Source of the DNA: a virus
IMG/VR virus record: IMGVR_UViG_3300027741_000001
DNA: 64,000 nucleotides
Strand: one strand, 5' to 3'
This document shows, piece by piece, positions 31,801 through 46,800 of the stretch. Below the pieces are notes generated by a model. That model did no database searches. It was not told the DNA's origin and saw only the letters and a program-made list of their open reading frames with translations. The position numbers were made by a program, and so were the translations under genes. Positions within the stretch are counted from its first letter, which is position 1. Every line of letters starts with the position of its first letter.

Positions 31801-34800
31801 GCCAGTGACATTAGGAGTACTCCTGTTAAATTCAATAAGATTATCAAAAGCGTTTTTATCTTTAGGAAGCTGGTCCACTAAATAGGAGATTACTTTATCT
31901 GCGTTCTCAGCGATAAAAGTTTTTTGATCAAGTACTTTATGAGAATCATCACTAGTAGCAGCCCTTACTAGTCTATTTTTTCCTGCCAGTAGAACTACTT
32001 CAGCTTCTTCAAAGCAACCAAAACCTGTGCCGGGAATAGAAAGTACCTGCTCAACAGGAATAATAGTTCCCATAAACATTCCGGCTCTTTCTTGCAACCT
32101 ACTAGTAGCAAAGTTGAAAGCATCACCGTGAAGCCAGGCCCAAGCTGACATAGGTCTTTGCAATATTTCAGCATCTCCTATGCCATTATACTCAATACCG
32201 GTATCTATTTTAAAAGCTTCTTCGTCTACTCCAGTACCTCTGTAAAGAGTTAAGTATTTTATTCCATAGTTTTTAAATCGATCCTGGGTAAGATCGTACA
32301 TAGTTTTTAAGAAATCTTTAAGAACAGAACTGTGGATTCCATAGTAGTATTCTGCATTTTCTAAAATATCTTTTGTATACTGGGCGTTTTTACTTTGAAC
32401 TTTCCATGGGGCCCACGAACCAGCAGGCATTTTAAATGTCTCAGCAGCAGCAATCTGTAAAGCGTGAGATAGCATATCACTACCATTAGATGTCTCTGCC
32501 CACTGCGCAACAAGTATTGAAGCGGCTTTTTCTTTAAATGCCTCTATGTCTTCCGGATTGTCAAAGAAAATTGGTTTTTTATTTTCATTTGCATAGTAAT
32601 CGTCAAAAAGAGTTTTATAGTCAATAGTTTTTTCATCGTAAGGGTTTCCGTACAGTTCTTCATCGTAAGGATCCATGAAATCTAGTACTTCTCTTAGAGT
32701 TTCTATATGTAATCCTTCATATGGAGAGTGCTCAGAGTCATCAATAAATAATATAATAGAATTTCCATTTAAATTATCCGATTTACTATCTAAAGCTTTT
32801 AGAGCCATCTTTTGACTATCTAGATAACTCAACCTAGATCTGACTACCTGACTGATAGATATGGCATGATCCAATGCTCCCAAAATATCTTTGGGAGAGG
32901 ATAACATATTATTACCTATATTTTTAGCGGCAATCTCTTTTAATTGCTCAGAGGCTCCGCCCATATGTCCAATTGAGCTATCTATATCAAAAGCATCCGG
33001 ATCGTACCACGTAGCAATCTCATTAAGTCCAGTCTCTTCATTCTCAGCCATAAGCTCATTTAAAAGATCAGACTGTATTTTAAGTACGTCTGTAAATCCA
33101 GGTACATCCTTTGGATCCAAATTGATTCTAGGGTATAAAAGATCTTCGTCATTAAATAGGTGGTATGGATTTATAAGTGATCCATCCTTAACATTCTTGA
33201 AGTTTTCTAGACTTCCATCCTTATTTAGAACTACATCTCCGACTCCTCCGGATCTTTCCATTGTAGTTGGATTTTTAAAGTCCACAGTGCTAACGCCAAC
33301 TACAACAGGCACATACTCTCTTCCAGCTATACGTGCAGCTTCAACCCTATGATTTCCTTCTGCAATAAAAGCTCTTCCAGTAAGAGGGTTGTACCAAACT
33401 AGTACCGGCTCTAAGTAGCCAGTTCCGTCTTCGAGGTCATGGGCTATAGAAGATGTACTGCTCTCCATATCTGCAAGATTGCCTTTCATTGTGGCAAGCT
33501 TTTCAGTTCTAACATAACCCAGTGGATTACCGCCATTACCTATTCCATATATTTTTACACCTTTGCCAGTCCATTCAGTAAGGTCTAGGTCTGGGTCATT
33601 CTTGTCTCTATAGGAGTTATTTAGAGGAATTACTTCAAGATATTTATTAAGAATAGTAGGCTCTTCAACATTTTCTCTATTTTGATTAGGTCCATAGTCA
33701 ATTTCATCGCCATCAAGCTTAGGCTCTTCTACAGGAAGACCCTTCTCCTTAAGAAGATCAATCTGTAGTTGCTTAGATTCTAAAGAATCGTGTACGTCTG
33801 GTTTTCCAGCATCCACCGAGTTAGAAAAAGCTTTACCGTACATGGTAAGAGTGCTTGAGTGGTTAACAGGTTTACTGTAGTGCTTACGAGCTACATACAA
33901 CATTGCTGTTGCAAGACCGCGGCGTCTATATTCATCATTGGTAAGTACTAAACCAATTTTAGCAGCAGCATTAGGATCTTTTTTGTCATCATCATCTACT
34001 CTTAATGAAGCTATATGAAGAAATTTTCCACCAAATGTATCTACATTTTCCATACCCTCAGGTGTAAAGTTGGGTGCTAAGAATCTACCTTCAAGATCAT
34101 GTACGGTTACCAGTACACTTTTATCGCTACTGCTGTCAGTGTTTATGTCAGTAAGGATCATATATTTTCTACCGTACTTATCAATAAATTTATCTGTGTA
34201 ACGGACAAACCCAGTAAACTTTTTAGGTTTAGATTTACCTAGAGTAACTTGATCAGCGATGGTTTCCATATTTGTTTTAGAATCTGGGTTAGCTACAGTT
34301 GTGAATTTAGTGTACTCAAATCTCCTAGAAATTTTAGCTGCACGTATTTTTGAGTCATCTCCCGAAGCTATGGCATCTTCTACATTTTTATTTTCCCAGT
34401 CCATGATTTTTTGCTGTTTTGCATTAAATGGAGTGCCGTCGGGCAGCTGAGTGTAATCATAATTATAGATAGTATCTAGATCAAGAGTACGATCATTAGG
34501 ATCAAAAGGCTCAGGCGGATACTGGTTCTCACGGTTTTGAGAAGGTTGATTATTAGATAGAGTAACCTTTGATTCATCATTTCTATGAAGATCAGGGTTA
34601 GGGTCAACTGAAAGAGAGAATGCTCTACCAAAAGAGGTTAACATTTCTGAGTGCTGGACTTCTTTTCCAGAACGCTCTCTTGCTAAGTGAAGAGCTGCAG
34701 TAGCTAGACCTCTTCTTACATATCTATCTGAAGTGTAGACCATGCTAATTTTGTTATTAAAGACATCTAATGAAGACACAGGAGTTCTATCTTCTGAATT

Positions 34801-37800
34801 ATCTTGAAGATCTTGTAGGGAGTTTTTACTCTTATCGTAAAGCTTTACGTTTGACATGCCGAGGCCGTTTACTACCTTGGTAACTACCCAGTACTGTCTG
34901 CCGTACTTGTCAGTAAACTCATCAATATACTGAGTACTCTGCTTGTACTCTGGTGGTAGATCTGCATAAGGTTTACCGGCACCGCTGTAGTTCATTCTAG
35001 AAGTATTGTCATCTAGAAGTCCCACCTGATCTTTAATACTTTCAAGATTAGTGCCAGACTTTAAGTTTGGTTTAGCGGTGTATCCCTGATAGATACGTCT
35101 TCTTTCAGCAATACGCAGTTTTCTTTCAAAATCATCAGGTTCATTGTCAATCGCATCTTTAAGAATATCCATTTGTTGCTGTTGATAAACATTGAATGGG
35201 GTACCATCAGGCATTTGAGTATAATCGTAGTTGTAATACTTCTCTAAATCAATAGTGGGATCTGTAGGATCAAAAGGTTCTTTCTTGGCTTTGTTTCTCT
35301 TGAAAAATCCTTCACGGTTTTGAGATGGTGCATTGTCTTCCTGTAGTTTTATAGACTTCTCGTTATTGTGCAGATCAGGCTTACCAGGGTCAATGCTGTT
35401 AGAGAAAGCAAATCCCATGCTAGAAAGATTATCTGAGTGAATTACTGGAAGTCCTAATCTCTTTTCTAGAACAGCAACCAATGCTGTTGCTATGCCTCTT
35501 CTTTGGTATCTATCGGTAACCATTACACTTTGGATTTCAGACACAGATGGGTCTCTAAATATGTAGGAATCGAGTCCTCCGACATCATTAATTCCAGACA
35601 CAGGTTGATCTTTTCTTACATAATCTTCAGGTAGAGGCATACCTTCAAAGTTTTTTTGGTCGTAGGCTACTACAGTCTGACGTCCAGAGCTTTCGTCTAT
35701 GTTAGTAACTATGTAGTATTTTCTACCATATTTATCGGTAAACTTATCCACATATCTTGTGTAAGTTAGTCCACGAGCTTCATCAAAATACTTTACAGCT
35801 GGCTTATCGCTAAACTCTACCTGTTTAAGAATGCTATCTCTTGTAGTAGAAGAGCCTTTGGTAGGCTTAGCAATTATTTGCTGATATAAAGTTCTTCTAA
35901 AGTTTTTTAAATTCTTTACAGCAAAAGAGTTAGCATCTTCATCATTATTTTTAAGAATGTTTTCTAATCTTTTAGCTATTGCATCCATCTGCTGCTGCTG
36001 ATCACTATTAAAAGGAGTGCCATCAGGCATCTTGGTATAGTCATAGTTGTAATACTCATCTAAATCTGCTTTTTTATCTCTAGGATCAAAAGGCTCTGGA
36101 AGGTACTTAGACTCTTCTTCCTTAGGAGCAGACTCTATTTTTTCAAAGTGCTTGTCAGCAGCTGGCCATAGATTGCGTAGCATTTCTTCAGGCATACCTT
36201 GAGCAGTAGGCTTAGTCATAAAGTCTGAGAGCTGGTCTCTACTAGTGAACATTCTCAAGAAATCGTCAACGTTGGTAGAAAGATCCCAGCTGCTCTGTTT
36301 AATCCAATCTGCATTTTCATCGCTGTTATCGATGTTTATAGGTTTTTCAGCACGTTCTCTATTTTGAGAAGGCTTGCTTTGTTCTTGAATTACTGTCTGT
36401 CCGCTTACTGGATCGTTAGATACAATTTGATTTCTTTCGGCTTCTTCTTTAATTGCCGCTTCTAGATCGCTATTATCTCTATTTCCAGGATATGAGTGAT
36501 ATGAGAACAAAGCTTCTTTTATGTCCCCGCCTAAAACAACAACTTCACGTTCATCCATAGATCCAAACCCAGATCCAGAAAATGATATAACTTTATCGGC
36601 CGGAACTATTGTAGCCATAACTACTGCATTTTTACCTGGCGAGTTCATTGCAAAACTCTCTGCTTTATATCTATTAGTTGACCATGAAGATAGTGGCCTC
36701 TGCTGTACAGTGCCTGAAAATACTCCAGTAGACCCTAAATTATTATAAATTTCATTTAGTTCTGTAGAGTCAGATCCCCTATACACAATAAACCCATCAA
36801 TACCCTGATCCTTCAGCAGATCTTGAGTAGCGTTATACATTGCATGTAAGAACTGTGTATAAATAAGTCTGTGATCTTTAACTTCTTGATCAACCTGATC
36901 TTCATAGTGGTTATTTAAATCTATTAAATCTTTTACTTCATTAGGAACGGTTCCCTGCTCCCTATAGATATCTACATTGTATTGATTCATGCCTCTAACA
37001 AAGCTCCACTCGGATGTGGCTTTAGGGTCCATAGCAAATATATCTTTAGCTACTTTTTGCATAGCATGAGATTTTATGTTTTTATCATTAGAAGACAGTG
37101 CCCATGAGTGAATTAAATTAGAAATCATTATTTTCTTCAGATCATTTACATCTTCCTGATTAAAACTTGAATGTACTCTTAAAAACAATTGATCATTTAT
37201 AAACTTTATAATACTGTTTGAATCTGTATTGCCCATTTTTTCTAGAACAGAATTCATAAGTTCTTTATTTACAGTCAATATAGATATAGTTGACAGACTC
37301 TTAACTTCATTAACATTAGTGACTAAAAGTTCTGTATCTTCTTTTATATCGGATAGATCTGCATTAAAAGCGTTGTATATTGATGAAGATGCAGGGCCTG
37401 AAAGACGAGAAAAAAAGGCCTCTTTTGCTATACCGTTGTAGTTCATGTAATGCACATCCATGCGGCTAGATGCATTAAATAGTGGAGAATATCCACCGCT
37501 CATAGCAGCTTTAAGCAAATCATCAAATCTAGCATCTGGCATATACCTAAGAAGTCTTGCAGCTGCAACTTGCTTAAGCAGGATAGATTGAGAAAACTCA
37601 GACGTTGAGCTAAACAGATCGGATATAGAGTCGCTTGCGCTCAGATCGTCTATTTCGCCATTTCTTACAGCATCTTCTACAGCTGAAATATTTGTCTTTT
37701 GAGTAGCTGTAGTGATATTTCTTTCAGCACCCTCACGGTTTTGGTTAGGGTTAGACTTTTCTTTAGCTGATTGAACGTCACCTAGATCACGGATCTTGTC

Positions 37801-40800
37801 GTCATAAACGTTACGGATTTGCTCTAGGTCATTGCCACTTGTAGCGGAATCTTCGTAAAGTGAGTTTAGCTTCTTAAGCTCATTGTAAAGTTCTTTAGCT
37901 GCAGCTTTGTAGACGTTCTTGTCTGCACCAGGCTGGTTTCTAAAGTTTTCAATTGCATTTTCAAGATTGTTTTTAAAGGCACTTAGATCATTCTCTAGAT
38001 TTCCATTGTAAGAAGCATTTTCTATAGCTTCAGGAGCTACCGAAGTTTTAGGTAAAGCTTTACTTCTATTAGAAATAATATTTCTGATCTCATACTCATT
38101 TTGAGTGTGGAATACATTATCTAAGGAATATGACTCTTTAGAGTCGTTGATGTTTACAATTTCAGGATTTTTATTTCCATCAAGCCTGAGTTGATATCCC
38201 CACTCAATAAAGTCTGTTTTATCCCTAAAAGCTGTAGGATTAGGCTTTTTAAATACTTGTAGCGTTATCTTTTTAAGATTTCCATCACTATCAACAACAA
38301 CTAGATCATCTCCCTTGTTGATTATTTTACCGTCGGCACCCCTGTGTATAGGGTTAACCTCGGCACCATTACCTGAAGAGTAATTATCTATATATTTTTC
38401 AAAATTATCTAAATAATCTGTACTAGACATTATCTTTTTAAAAGCTATTTCTAGATCTACATAACGAATAAAGTCATCTATATCTTCAGGGTTTAAAATC
38501 TTTGCTAGCTGATTAACCTTATCGTTTGCATCTTTTTTAGCAGCATCAGGATCTTCAGTTCTTTTACTTCTGTGGATGAAATCATAGACTTTTTTAATAG
38601 CATTGAACAGTCTGTAACCGTCTTCACGAGAGATCTTGTCTGGAGTCTCTTCCGAGGTAGGCTCTTTTACAACTTCTGGCTTAGGCTCAACCGGTTTAGC
38701 CTTAATAGCTTTTTCAATATCTTTTTTGTCTTTAGGGCTAAAAGCATTGAGCTTAGTAAGCATATTGAAGTTATATGTAGTTTCTTTCCCGTTAGGACCT
38801 CTTACGGTTAGCTGAACAACTCTACCTAGAGTATCTTTCTTAACTACAACTCCAAGAGCATAACCATCTGGACCATAGATAGTCCACCCAACGTCTACTT
38901 TTTCTGCTAGATATTGCTTAGCTGTTTCCTTGGTTATTTGAGTTGGGCCAAGATCTTTAGGAGTTTCTACTGAAGTTACAGGAGTCGCGACAGGTTTTTC
39001 CGGCTTCTCTTCAACGGGCTCTTCTGGCTTTTCTTCAGCAGATTTAGCAGTTTCTGCCTCTGCCTTAGCTTTCTCATCCCACTTTCTCTGTACTTCAGCC
39101 ATCTTAGCTTCTTGAACTGGAGCAGTAGCGTCTTCATCCATTTTTGGATCAGTGCTGGTTGGCTTGAAAGCATCGTAGATCATTTTAGGGACGTCAATCA
39201 TGCCGCCTTTTTCATCTACGTAAAGGAAGTACTTAATAGGCCCCCAGATATTTTCTGATTGACCTTTGACAAAGTCGACGTCTTTAAGATTTTGACTCTT
39301 GCGCCTACCAATAGCAAATCTGCTGTAAAGTTCACGGTAGGTCATTACTTCGCCATTCCAGCGAACTTTTTTGTCTAGGTGGGCTTTAATTTTACCTAAT
39401 TGCATTGGAGATAGAGCATCAAAGTCTAGAACTCCGCCAGCGGTCTCAATAACATTTTTCTTAGGCTCTTCTGTAGGCTCAGCTGCTGGCTCTTCTACAA
39501 CTTCAGGCTCATTTACAACTTCTTCAACGTCAGACTCAGAGATGCCATCTTCTACTTCTATATCCCTAAAGAGGTTGTCAAAGTTGAAGTCTAGAGGATC
39601 GGTTGGTTTGCCGGCACCTTCCTTCATACCCTTATTAGTTAGTACATTGAGCTGCTTCATTGCATCGACAAGTTCAGCTATTCTCTTAGCAATAGCTTTT
39701 TTCTCATTTTCATCTGTTGAAGAACTTCTAGTGTTGTTTAAAATATCCTTATAATCGCTAAGTTTTTCATGCAACATTACAACAGGATACGGGCTAAGCT
39801 CTTGCTTCAAACGCTTAGCTTCGCGTTTCATGTTCTTGCCTCGTTTAGCGGCTAGATACTTTCTGTAAAGCTGGCCAACTTCAGTCCAAGCATCTATATT
39901 AGCCTGACGTTCTTCCTCGGTAAGTTCCTTAGGTTCTTCTTCTACCTTAGTTTCGGCTACAGGTTCAGTAGCAGGCTTAACGTTCTGGTTCTCGTCAGAG
40001 TAGCGAGCTAGGCCGGTTATTCCACCAAACTTAGCCAAAAACTCTTCATCATTAACAAAGACATTATCGTAATACCCGCCCTGTGCACGGTTAGGTTCTT
40101 TAATTTCAAAAACTCTATTTCCGTTTTCATCGGTCTTAACGGATACAACTTGTGCATAGAAGTTAGGACTAGTTTCTTCGCTTTTAGTTCCCTTCCATCT
40201 AGTAGTTGGAGGGAAGTGCCCACCATACATTAGGTAGTCGCCAGATTGAATTTGATCTAAAGATTCTAAAGGAATGTATTCGGATGTGTAAGGGTTGTTA
40301 TTTCCACCATTTTCAGCTATTGCATTAGCCACCATTTTTCTGGCTTCTTCTACAGCTTTTTTCCAAACTTCCGGATCATTAATATCTCCTGGAACCTCGG
40401 CATTTCTATAGTCAATAAGTCTACGTCTAGACATATCTTCTCGCCATTTGTTATTTAATAAGCTTATTCTCCAACCAGCAACTCTTCCCTTTTTGTTGTA
40501 GCTATTAGGCTCGATCGCTTCTTCGTAATAGATCTCTGCTCCATAGCGAAGTCCATCTTTTGCACGAACGTCGGGATAGTCTGCTTCGTGCTGGAATCCT
40601 TCTCCATTTATTACATATTTAGCGTAAGGTTCTCCCGCACCTGCGGGGAACATTTGAACATCATCCGGTAGAGGGAAGTTATGCTCGCCAGTTATTTCTT
40701 TTGATTCGGTTGTAGGAGTGGTTTCTTCTTCAACAGGCTGTTCTTTTTCATCCTCATCATTTAATTTAAAGAATTTAAAACCATACTTATTTTCTAGTTC

Positions 40801-43800
40801 TTTTTCATTATCAAGTCTTCTTTGAAGTTCTTCTTTAGCTAGATTTTCATCTTTATAAGCATCTATCATATCCCCAATGTGCGCTGCACTTCTTTCAGAT
40901 GACCCTAGCATAATTTCATATTCGCCCCAGTTAGTTTGCTTAACAAAGTATTTTCCAACTAGATCTTTAAACTCAGGATCCATATCACCCTCTAGACCAA
41001 CATCTAGAGTTACTTTTTCTATTTTTCCGCGATTAATTAGATATATAGTATCTCCACGCTTTGGCTTATGGCCATCAGCTGTAACACCTTCAGTAGCATC
41101 TCTACGTGCAGGATCTTTCCAAATCTGATATTGCTGAGCTAACCACTGCTTAGCTTTTGCTATAAGTTCAGGATCTTTATAGTACCCATAAAGATCTGCC
41201 CCTCTCCAATAACCGTCTTTGTCTTGGAATTTTACAGAGATGTGATCTCTAGGGTAGTCAGTACTTCCCCAGTATCTAATCTCTCCCCAGAATTCAGCAC
41301 CTTTCTTTGGAACTGCCATATTTCCGCTACCATTGCGAGGCCTAGCCATATTCCAACCAAGAGCAATTTGACCATACTTATCTTTTTCCCAGTCAGCTGC
41401 AACATCTTGTAGATCTACAAAACTGTCATCAATTTTTTCTGGCTCGTTGGCAGGAGTAGGTGCGGCAGCTGGAGCATTTATGTTTCTATATCTCTTAGCA
41501 AGTTCAACGTAAGATTGATTTATAAGATTCTCTAGAGCTGACTTGTCATTCTCATCGCCATCAACTTCAAAAGTTGCAACTACGTTACCCTTTGGATCTA
41601 GAATGGTGGCGGTCCACTTACCATCCTTGTTAGATATGACAGCTCCAAATGGAGGTTTTTTCAGCCGATCTATTTTTTCAGTTTTAGCTGCTTTCCATTT
41701 TCCAGTCTTAGGATCTTTTAGAGCTCTCCAAATGTAGTCATCTCCAACTTTTCTAAAGAAGTGCGGGAATGTGCCTGGAAGTTCACCGTTGTTATATTCT
41801 TCATTTCTTCTTGCAAGAGCTTTTGTAGCGAACTCAAATGCTTTTCTAAAAGTTTCTTCCTCGCTACGTTCTAATTCAAAATCTAATAATTCTGCAGGAC
41901 CGTAACCATCTCCATCGATGGTGCCGTCCCAGTTTCGCCACTGAATTTCTGTGTATTTTTGATCTAGAGATCCATCAGCTTTTCTTGTAAAAGTAATCTT
42001 TATACGAGCCCCTGGAGCGCTAAAGTCTTTGTTGTGCCAAATAACTACTGCTTTTTTACCAGCAGCAAATTTTGAAGGATCTTCGTAAGGTAATGCACCT
42101 TCTTCTCCTTCTTCGCCATCCTCTTCGCGGTTTTGAGAAGGCTTGTCGCGGTTGTCTTGCTCTTCGATCTCAAAGCCCTTTTCAATAAGCTTTTTCTCGT
42201 CGATTTCAGCAGGGAATTCTGGCTTAGGATGTACCATCGGCACATAGCCTTTTTCTGCATAGCCCTTAGGGTCAATCTTTCCCTTGCCGATAGGGTCTTC
42301 TCTTGTTACTTCTGGTTCTGGAGTTTCGGTAGATTCTTTTTTACCAAGGTTAGCGTCAATAATGTCTTGTACAGCTTTAACAACTTCATCCCAGTTTCCT
42401 CTTAGGCTACTTCCTTCACGTTTTTCGACATGCTTGATTTCACCAGGTTTTAGATTTTTATCTAAAAGGTCTAGAAGTTCTTCGTAATCAATACCTTCTT
42501 TTCTTCCATAACCATGCACATCCAGGTATGGAGCTAAGATATCTTTTATAAGACCTCCCACTACATCGGTTTTTTCACCTAGTGGGTCTACAGCTTCAAT
42601 TCTTTCTTTTAAAAGTTCTTTTATGCGATCAAGAGCATCGAGTTGTCTTTTCCTGTAACCTGGATCTAAGAATTCTTTTACTTCATCTAAAACTTGCTTT
42701 AATTTATCTGAATACATGCCTTCATGTACTGCTCCAAGGTTTTCTTTTAGATGCCTAATTAGTCCTTTATAATCTTTAATGTCTAGCTTTATAATTTCTT
42801 GTACAATTTCATACGCCTCTTGAGCGATTTGATCAGCCCTTTGCTTTGGATCCTGATTAGGATCAATTCTTTTGCCAAGGTTTATTGCTATCCTAAGGAC
42901 AGCTTCAATGATTGATTCATAAAGAAGTTTTCTTTCTGGACCGTATATTTCAGTAGTAGATTCAGCTGGGGTCTTGACTCCATTTAAGAAGTCTTTTGCA
43001 TGAGCAATTATGGAATACTGGTCACCGTTTCCAGGCAAAATCTTCTCATTTAAATACTCCGCTAATCTCTGATATTTAGATACAGGTACGCCTAAATTAT
43101 GAATTTCTTCAATAATTTCATCAACTTCAAGTCGTATTTTATCCTCAAGTTCAAGGTCAAAATCCTCCCAGCGGCCACTAGATTTATATAAAGCATTACG
43201 GATCGCGGCCCTCAATAAAATAATAAAAACTTCATCAAATGAATCGTTATTTCTGCGTCTACCTCCACCACCACCGCCGCCATTACCGCCACGTCCACCT
43301 CTACCGCCGCCGTTACCTTCTCCGCCTCTGTTGTTACCATTGCCACTACCCTCTCCACCCTGATTCTCATTTTCAGGTGTAGGTGCAGGAACGTTTGACT
43401 TAGAAGAAGTTAGTACTTTTTTGAAGGTTCCAACTGGAACAACTTCGTGCTTGACTTCACCGTCTTTGCCTACATAAACAACAACTCGGTCACTAGACTT
43501 TTTAACATCAGGAACGCCGATGCCATGCTCAAAAACGTTTACAACGTTAGCTGGGCCATCCGGACTTTCGTAAACCATTCCAGGTTTGAGATCTTCAGCC
43601 TTTACTGCATCTGCGTTAGAAGAATCAAGTTTTCCTGGCAAAGGATAAATAAAGTCTGGACCGTCGCCAGGTACAAAGTTAGCTCCTGCTTTAGTAACAT
43701 AAATTATTCCATTTTTGTGTACAACATACTCATCTAAACCTTTTGGAAATACATCTCCAGGTTTATAATCTTTACCTTCTACCCAGTAGTGCCAGTTCCC

Positions 43801-46800
43801 GTGTCTATCTTGACGTATTACTACAACTTTACCGTGAAGATTTCCATCCTTGTCATATACAATATCTCCAGGTTTGACATCTTCAGGCTTCTTTACATCT
43901 GGAGTTCTAGCTTTTCCGCCTCGTGGAGTAGTAGTTTTTTTACCTTTACCTTTTTCTTCTTTTTTAGGGGGGTTTACTCTTTCAGAGTTTGCAGTCCAAT
44001 GGATCGGTTCTCCGTGGATGTAAGGCTCAATTGCAACTTTCCAGAATTGGCCAATATTAGGTAGAATGCTATCCTCTCTATTGTGAAATGCAATAAGAGC
44101 TGCTGCAAATAATTCAGCCATTCTTTCATCAAATGCATTAGGATTTATTTTTGGATCTAAATCTGCATTTGGGGTAACTGCAAATCTCTTGAATGGTTTA
44201 GCATCTGTACCCCAGAACATCTTTTTAAGGTCTCCCCAAAGAGGAGAGTTAACCAGTTTTCCATGCTTTTCTCTATTCCAGAGGTGACCTAGCTCGTGAA
44301 AGAATACGTGCTGAAGTGCAGGAACAAATCCTCCAGGATTTTGACCGTAATATTCTTCTTGTCCCTGCTCATTTATTCCTTTGAAGAGTCTTCTTTTGTC
44401 AGCTTTATCCAGATTATGCAATTGATCCCAAAGAATCAAGTGCATAGTACCATCAGGTTCGGTGTGAGACTCCCCGGTTAAGCATCCAAGCTCGGGGTGG
44501 TCCTTATCAAAACCAATGACTTCACCCTCAGTAAAAGCTGGATCTCCTTGCTTAGCAATTTTAATTCTTACAGGGAGTTTAAATCCAAGCTTTCTTGCAG
44601 TATCTAGGTATCCTTTAAGTTCATCTAGAAGTTGACCATTTATGTCAGACTGCTTGTCAAATTCAATAGTAAATTCTCCATAGCGAAGTATGACTTTTTC
44701 ACCGATACCCTGTAAATTCTTATAAGTAGCAGCTGCAATAGCATATTCTTTTTCATTTATATCGGTTCTGCCTTCTGGATCTTTAAGACGTGTACCTTTA
44801 CGAGACTCTCTAAGAGCTTTCCAAAATAGTTTTACAAAATCGTCTAAGTTCCCAGCAGACTCGTACATATCTTTATACCAGGAAGGGTATCTCTCCCAAG
44901 AATCGATACGATCGTAGCCAACCGGAATATATTGCTTAGGCTTTTTTGTAAACTTTTTCTTTAAAAAGTACCCTCCAGCTTTAAGTTTAGCTAAAAATTC
45001 CAATTCTTTTTTGTTAGGTACGCCATTGCCCTCACCTAGCTCACCGCCACCGCCTCCACCACCGATTCTAAATTGGTTAGGAGTGTTGTTAGTTCTATCT
45101 TTATTGGTGTTTAGCCGAGCTAGAACCTCTGCAGCTTTACCTCTGGTAGTTGCTTCATTAACAGCTTTTTTAGCTTCGGCAGCAATCTCTTGATTTTCTG
45201 AGCCAGCAAGTTCATTGAGAGCATTTAGTTGGGCTTCAGTAACTGGATTATTTCCAGATATAGAGTTTTTAAACGCAGCCATACGTTCTTGGTAAAGCTT
45301 TTGCATTTCCGGAAAATTCAATAGACGCATATCTTGATTGTCTTCAGCAGCAGCTCTATCGACAATCTTTGAGACTAGGTTGAATGAATCTTCCGCATCT
45401 CCATCAGCTGAGTGCCAGTTAGCAGGTTCAAAACCTAAGAAGTTTGCAACTGGGCCAAGGCTGGAGCTGGCTCTTACTTCGCCAGTCTTGCGATCTGGAG
45501 CCTTAGGACCGTCAGTGCCTTTTTCTGGATCGTACTTAGGCAGAAGTGAGGCAAGATCTTTTGAGTCAACGGTTCCGGCAATGTTTAACTTGATACCTGA
45601 ATCATCAGCCATACGCTGTAAAATCTCTAGATCAAATGGAACGTTCTGTCCACCAAGAATAGCATTAGGACCTATAAACTCTAAGAACTGTTTAAGAGCT
45701 TCTTCAGGACTCATTTGCTCTTGAAGCCATTCTGGAGTTACAGCAGTGGTTACAGGCTTTCCGTTTTCATCTCTAACAATATTGCCATCCCCATCTACAA
45801 CATCTCTCTTTAAGTTATTTGCAGACCATTCGGAAAGTTTGCTTCCAGGATTGATGTAAACGTTAAAACGCTTTATAACTTTTCCATTCTTAACTTGAAC
45901 TGCTCCAAGTTGAATAGGATCATTTTTGATACCCTGGCCGTCATAATCAGAGATACCAGTAGTCTCAAAATCAAAGTATGTTATTACCTGAGATTTTAGA
46001 CGTTCTGCAACTTGCTTCCAGTTCTTTGCACCAGCAAGAATTTTTTGCAAAACTCCAGTGAAAGCACCGGGGGTAGGTAGGCGTGCACCATTAGCGTCCA
46101 TAGTTGCTGATTGTAGATCAATTCCCAAATCAGCAATTGAAGATCCTTCTCTATTTTGAGCAGGCGCAGCTTCAGGAGTAGGCTTAGCTTCATCTTTGCC
46201 GATCCATGCTTGAATAGGGTGGTCAGCGGGGACGTTCATAATTGCACGACGTCCATTTTGGAACTGAATAAATATTTGCTTAGTGCCGTCAGCTAAAGTC
46301 TTAACATTGGTAATTTTTCCATACTGATCAGAACCTTGATCGTAAACAATATTTCCAGCAGCTAGATCTTTACCAGTAAGCGCAGTTGCGGTTTTCTTAG
46401 CAGCTTCTTCCTTGTAGTTTTCTGGATCTGGAAGATCGGCTTCGGCATCTTTAAGATCTTGTGGAGTCGGATCTTCTATCTTAAGAGTGTCTTCATCTTG
46501 AATGCCACCGTCTCCAACTTCATACCCTTCAGTATTTTTCCCTAACTCAATTCCACGCTTTTTTAAATATTCAGGGTCTAGTGTTGCAAGTACTTCTTCA
46601 GCATTATTGTATTTAATGTATAGAACTTTGCCAGCAAAATTAGGATCGCTAGGGTCAACTAAAACTCTTGCAAATTTACCATCTGGAGTTGCACCAATAA
46701 ATTTACCAATAACGCGGGCAGTTCTACCTGCATCATTTCCTCTTTTTTTACCTAAACGAACTTTAGCTTTAATACCGCGACCCATTTCAACCCAGCGACC

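Noticed and set aside
43255-43365. GC-rich low-complexity stretch
   Set aside because: It simply encodes a Gly/Arg/Asn linker in the 6018-aa protein.
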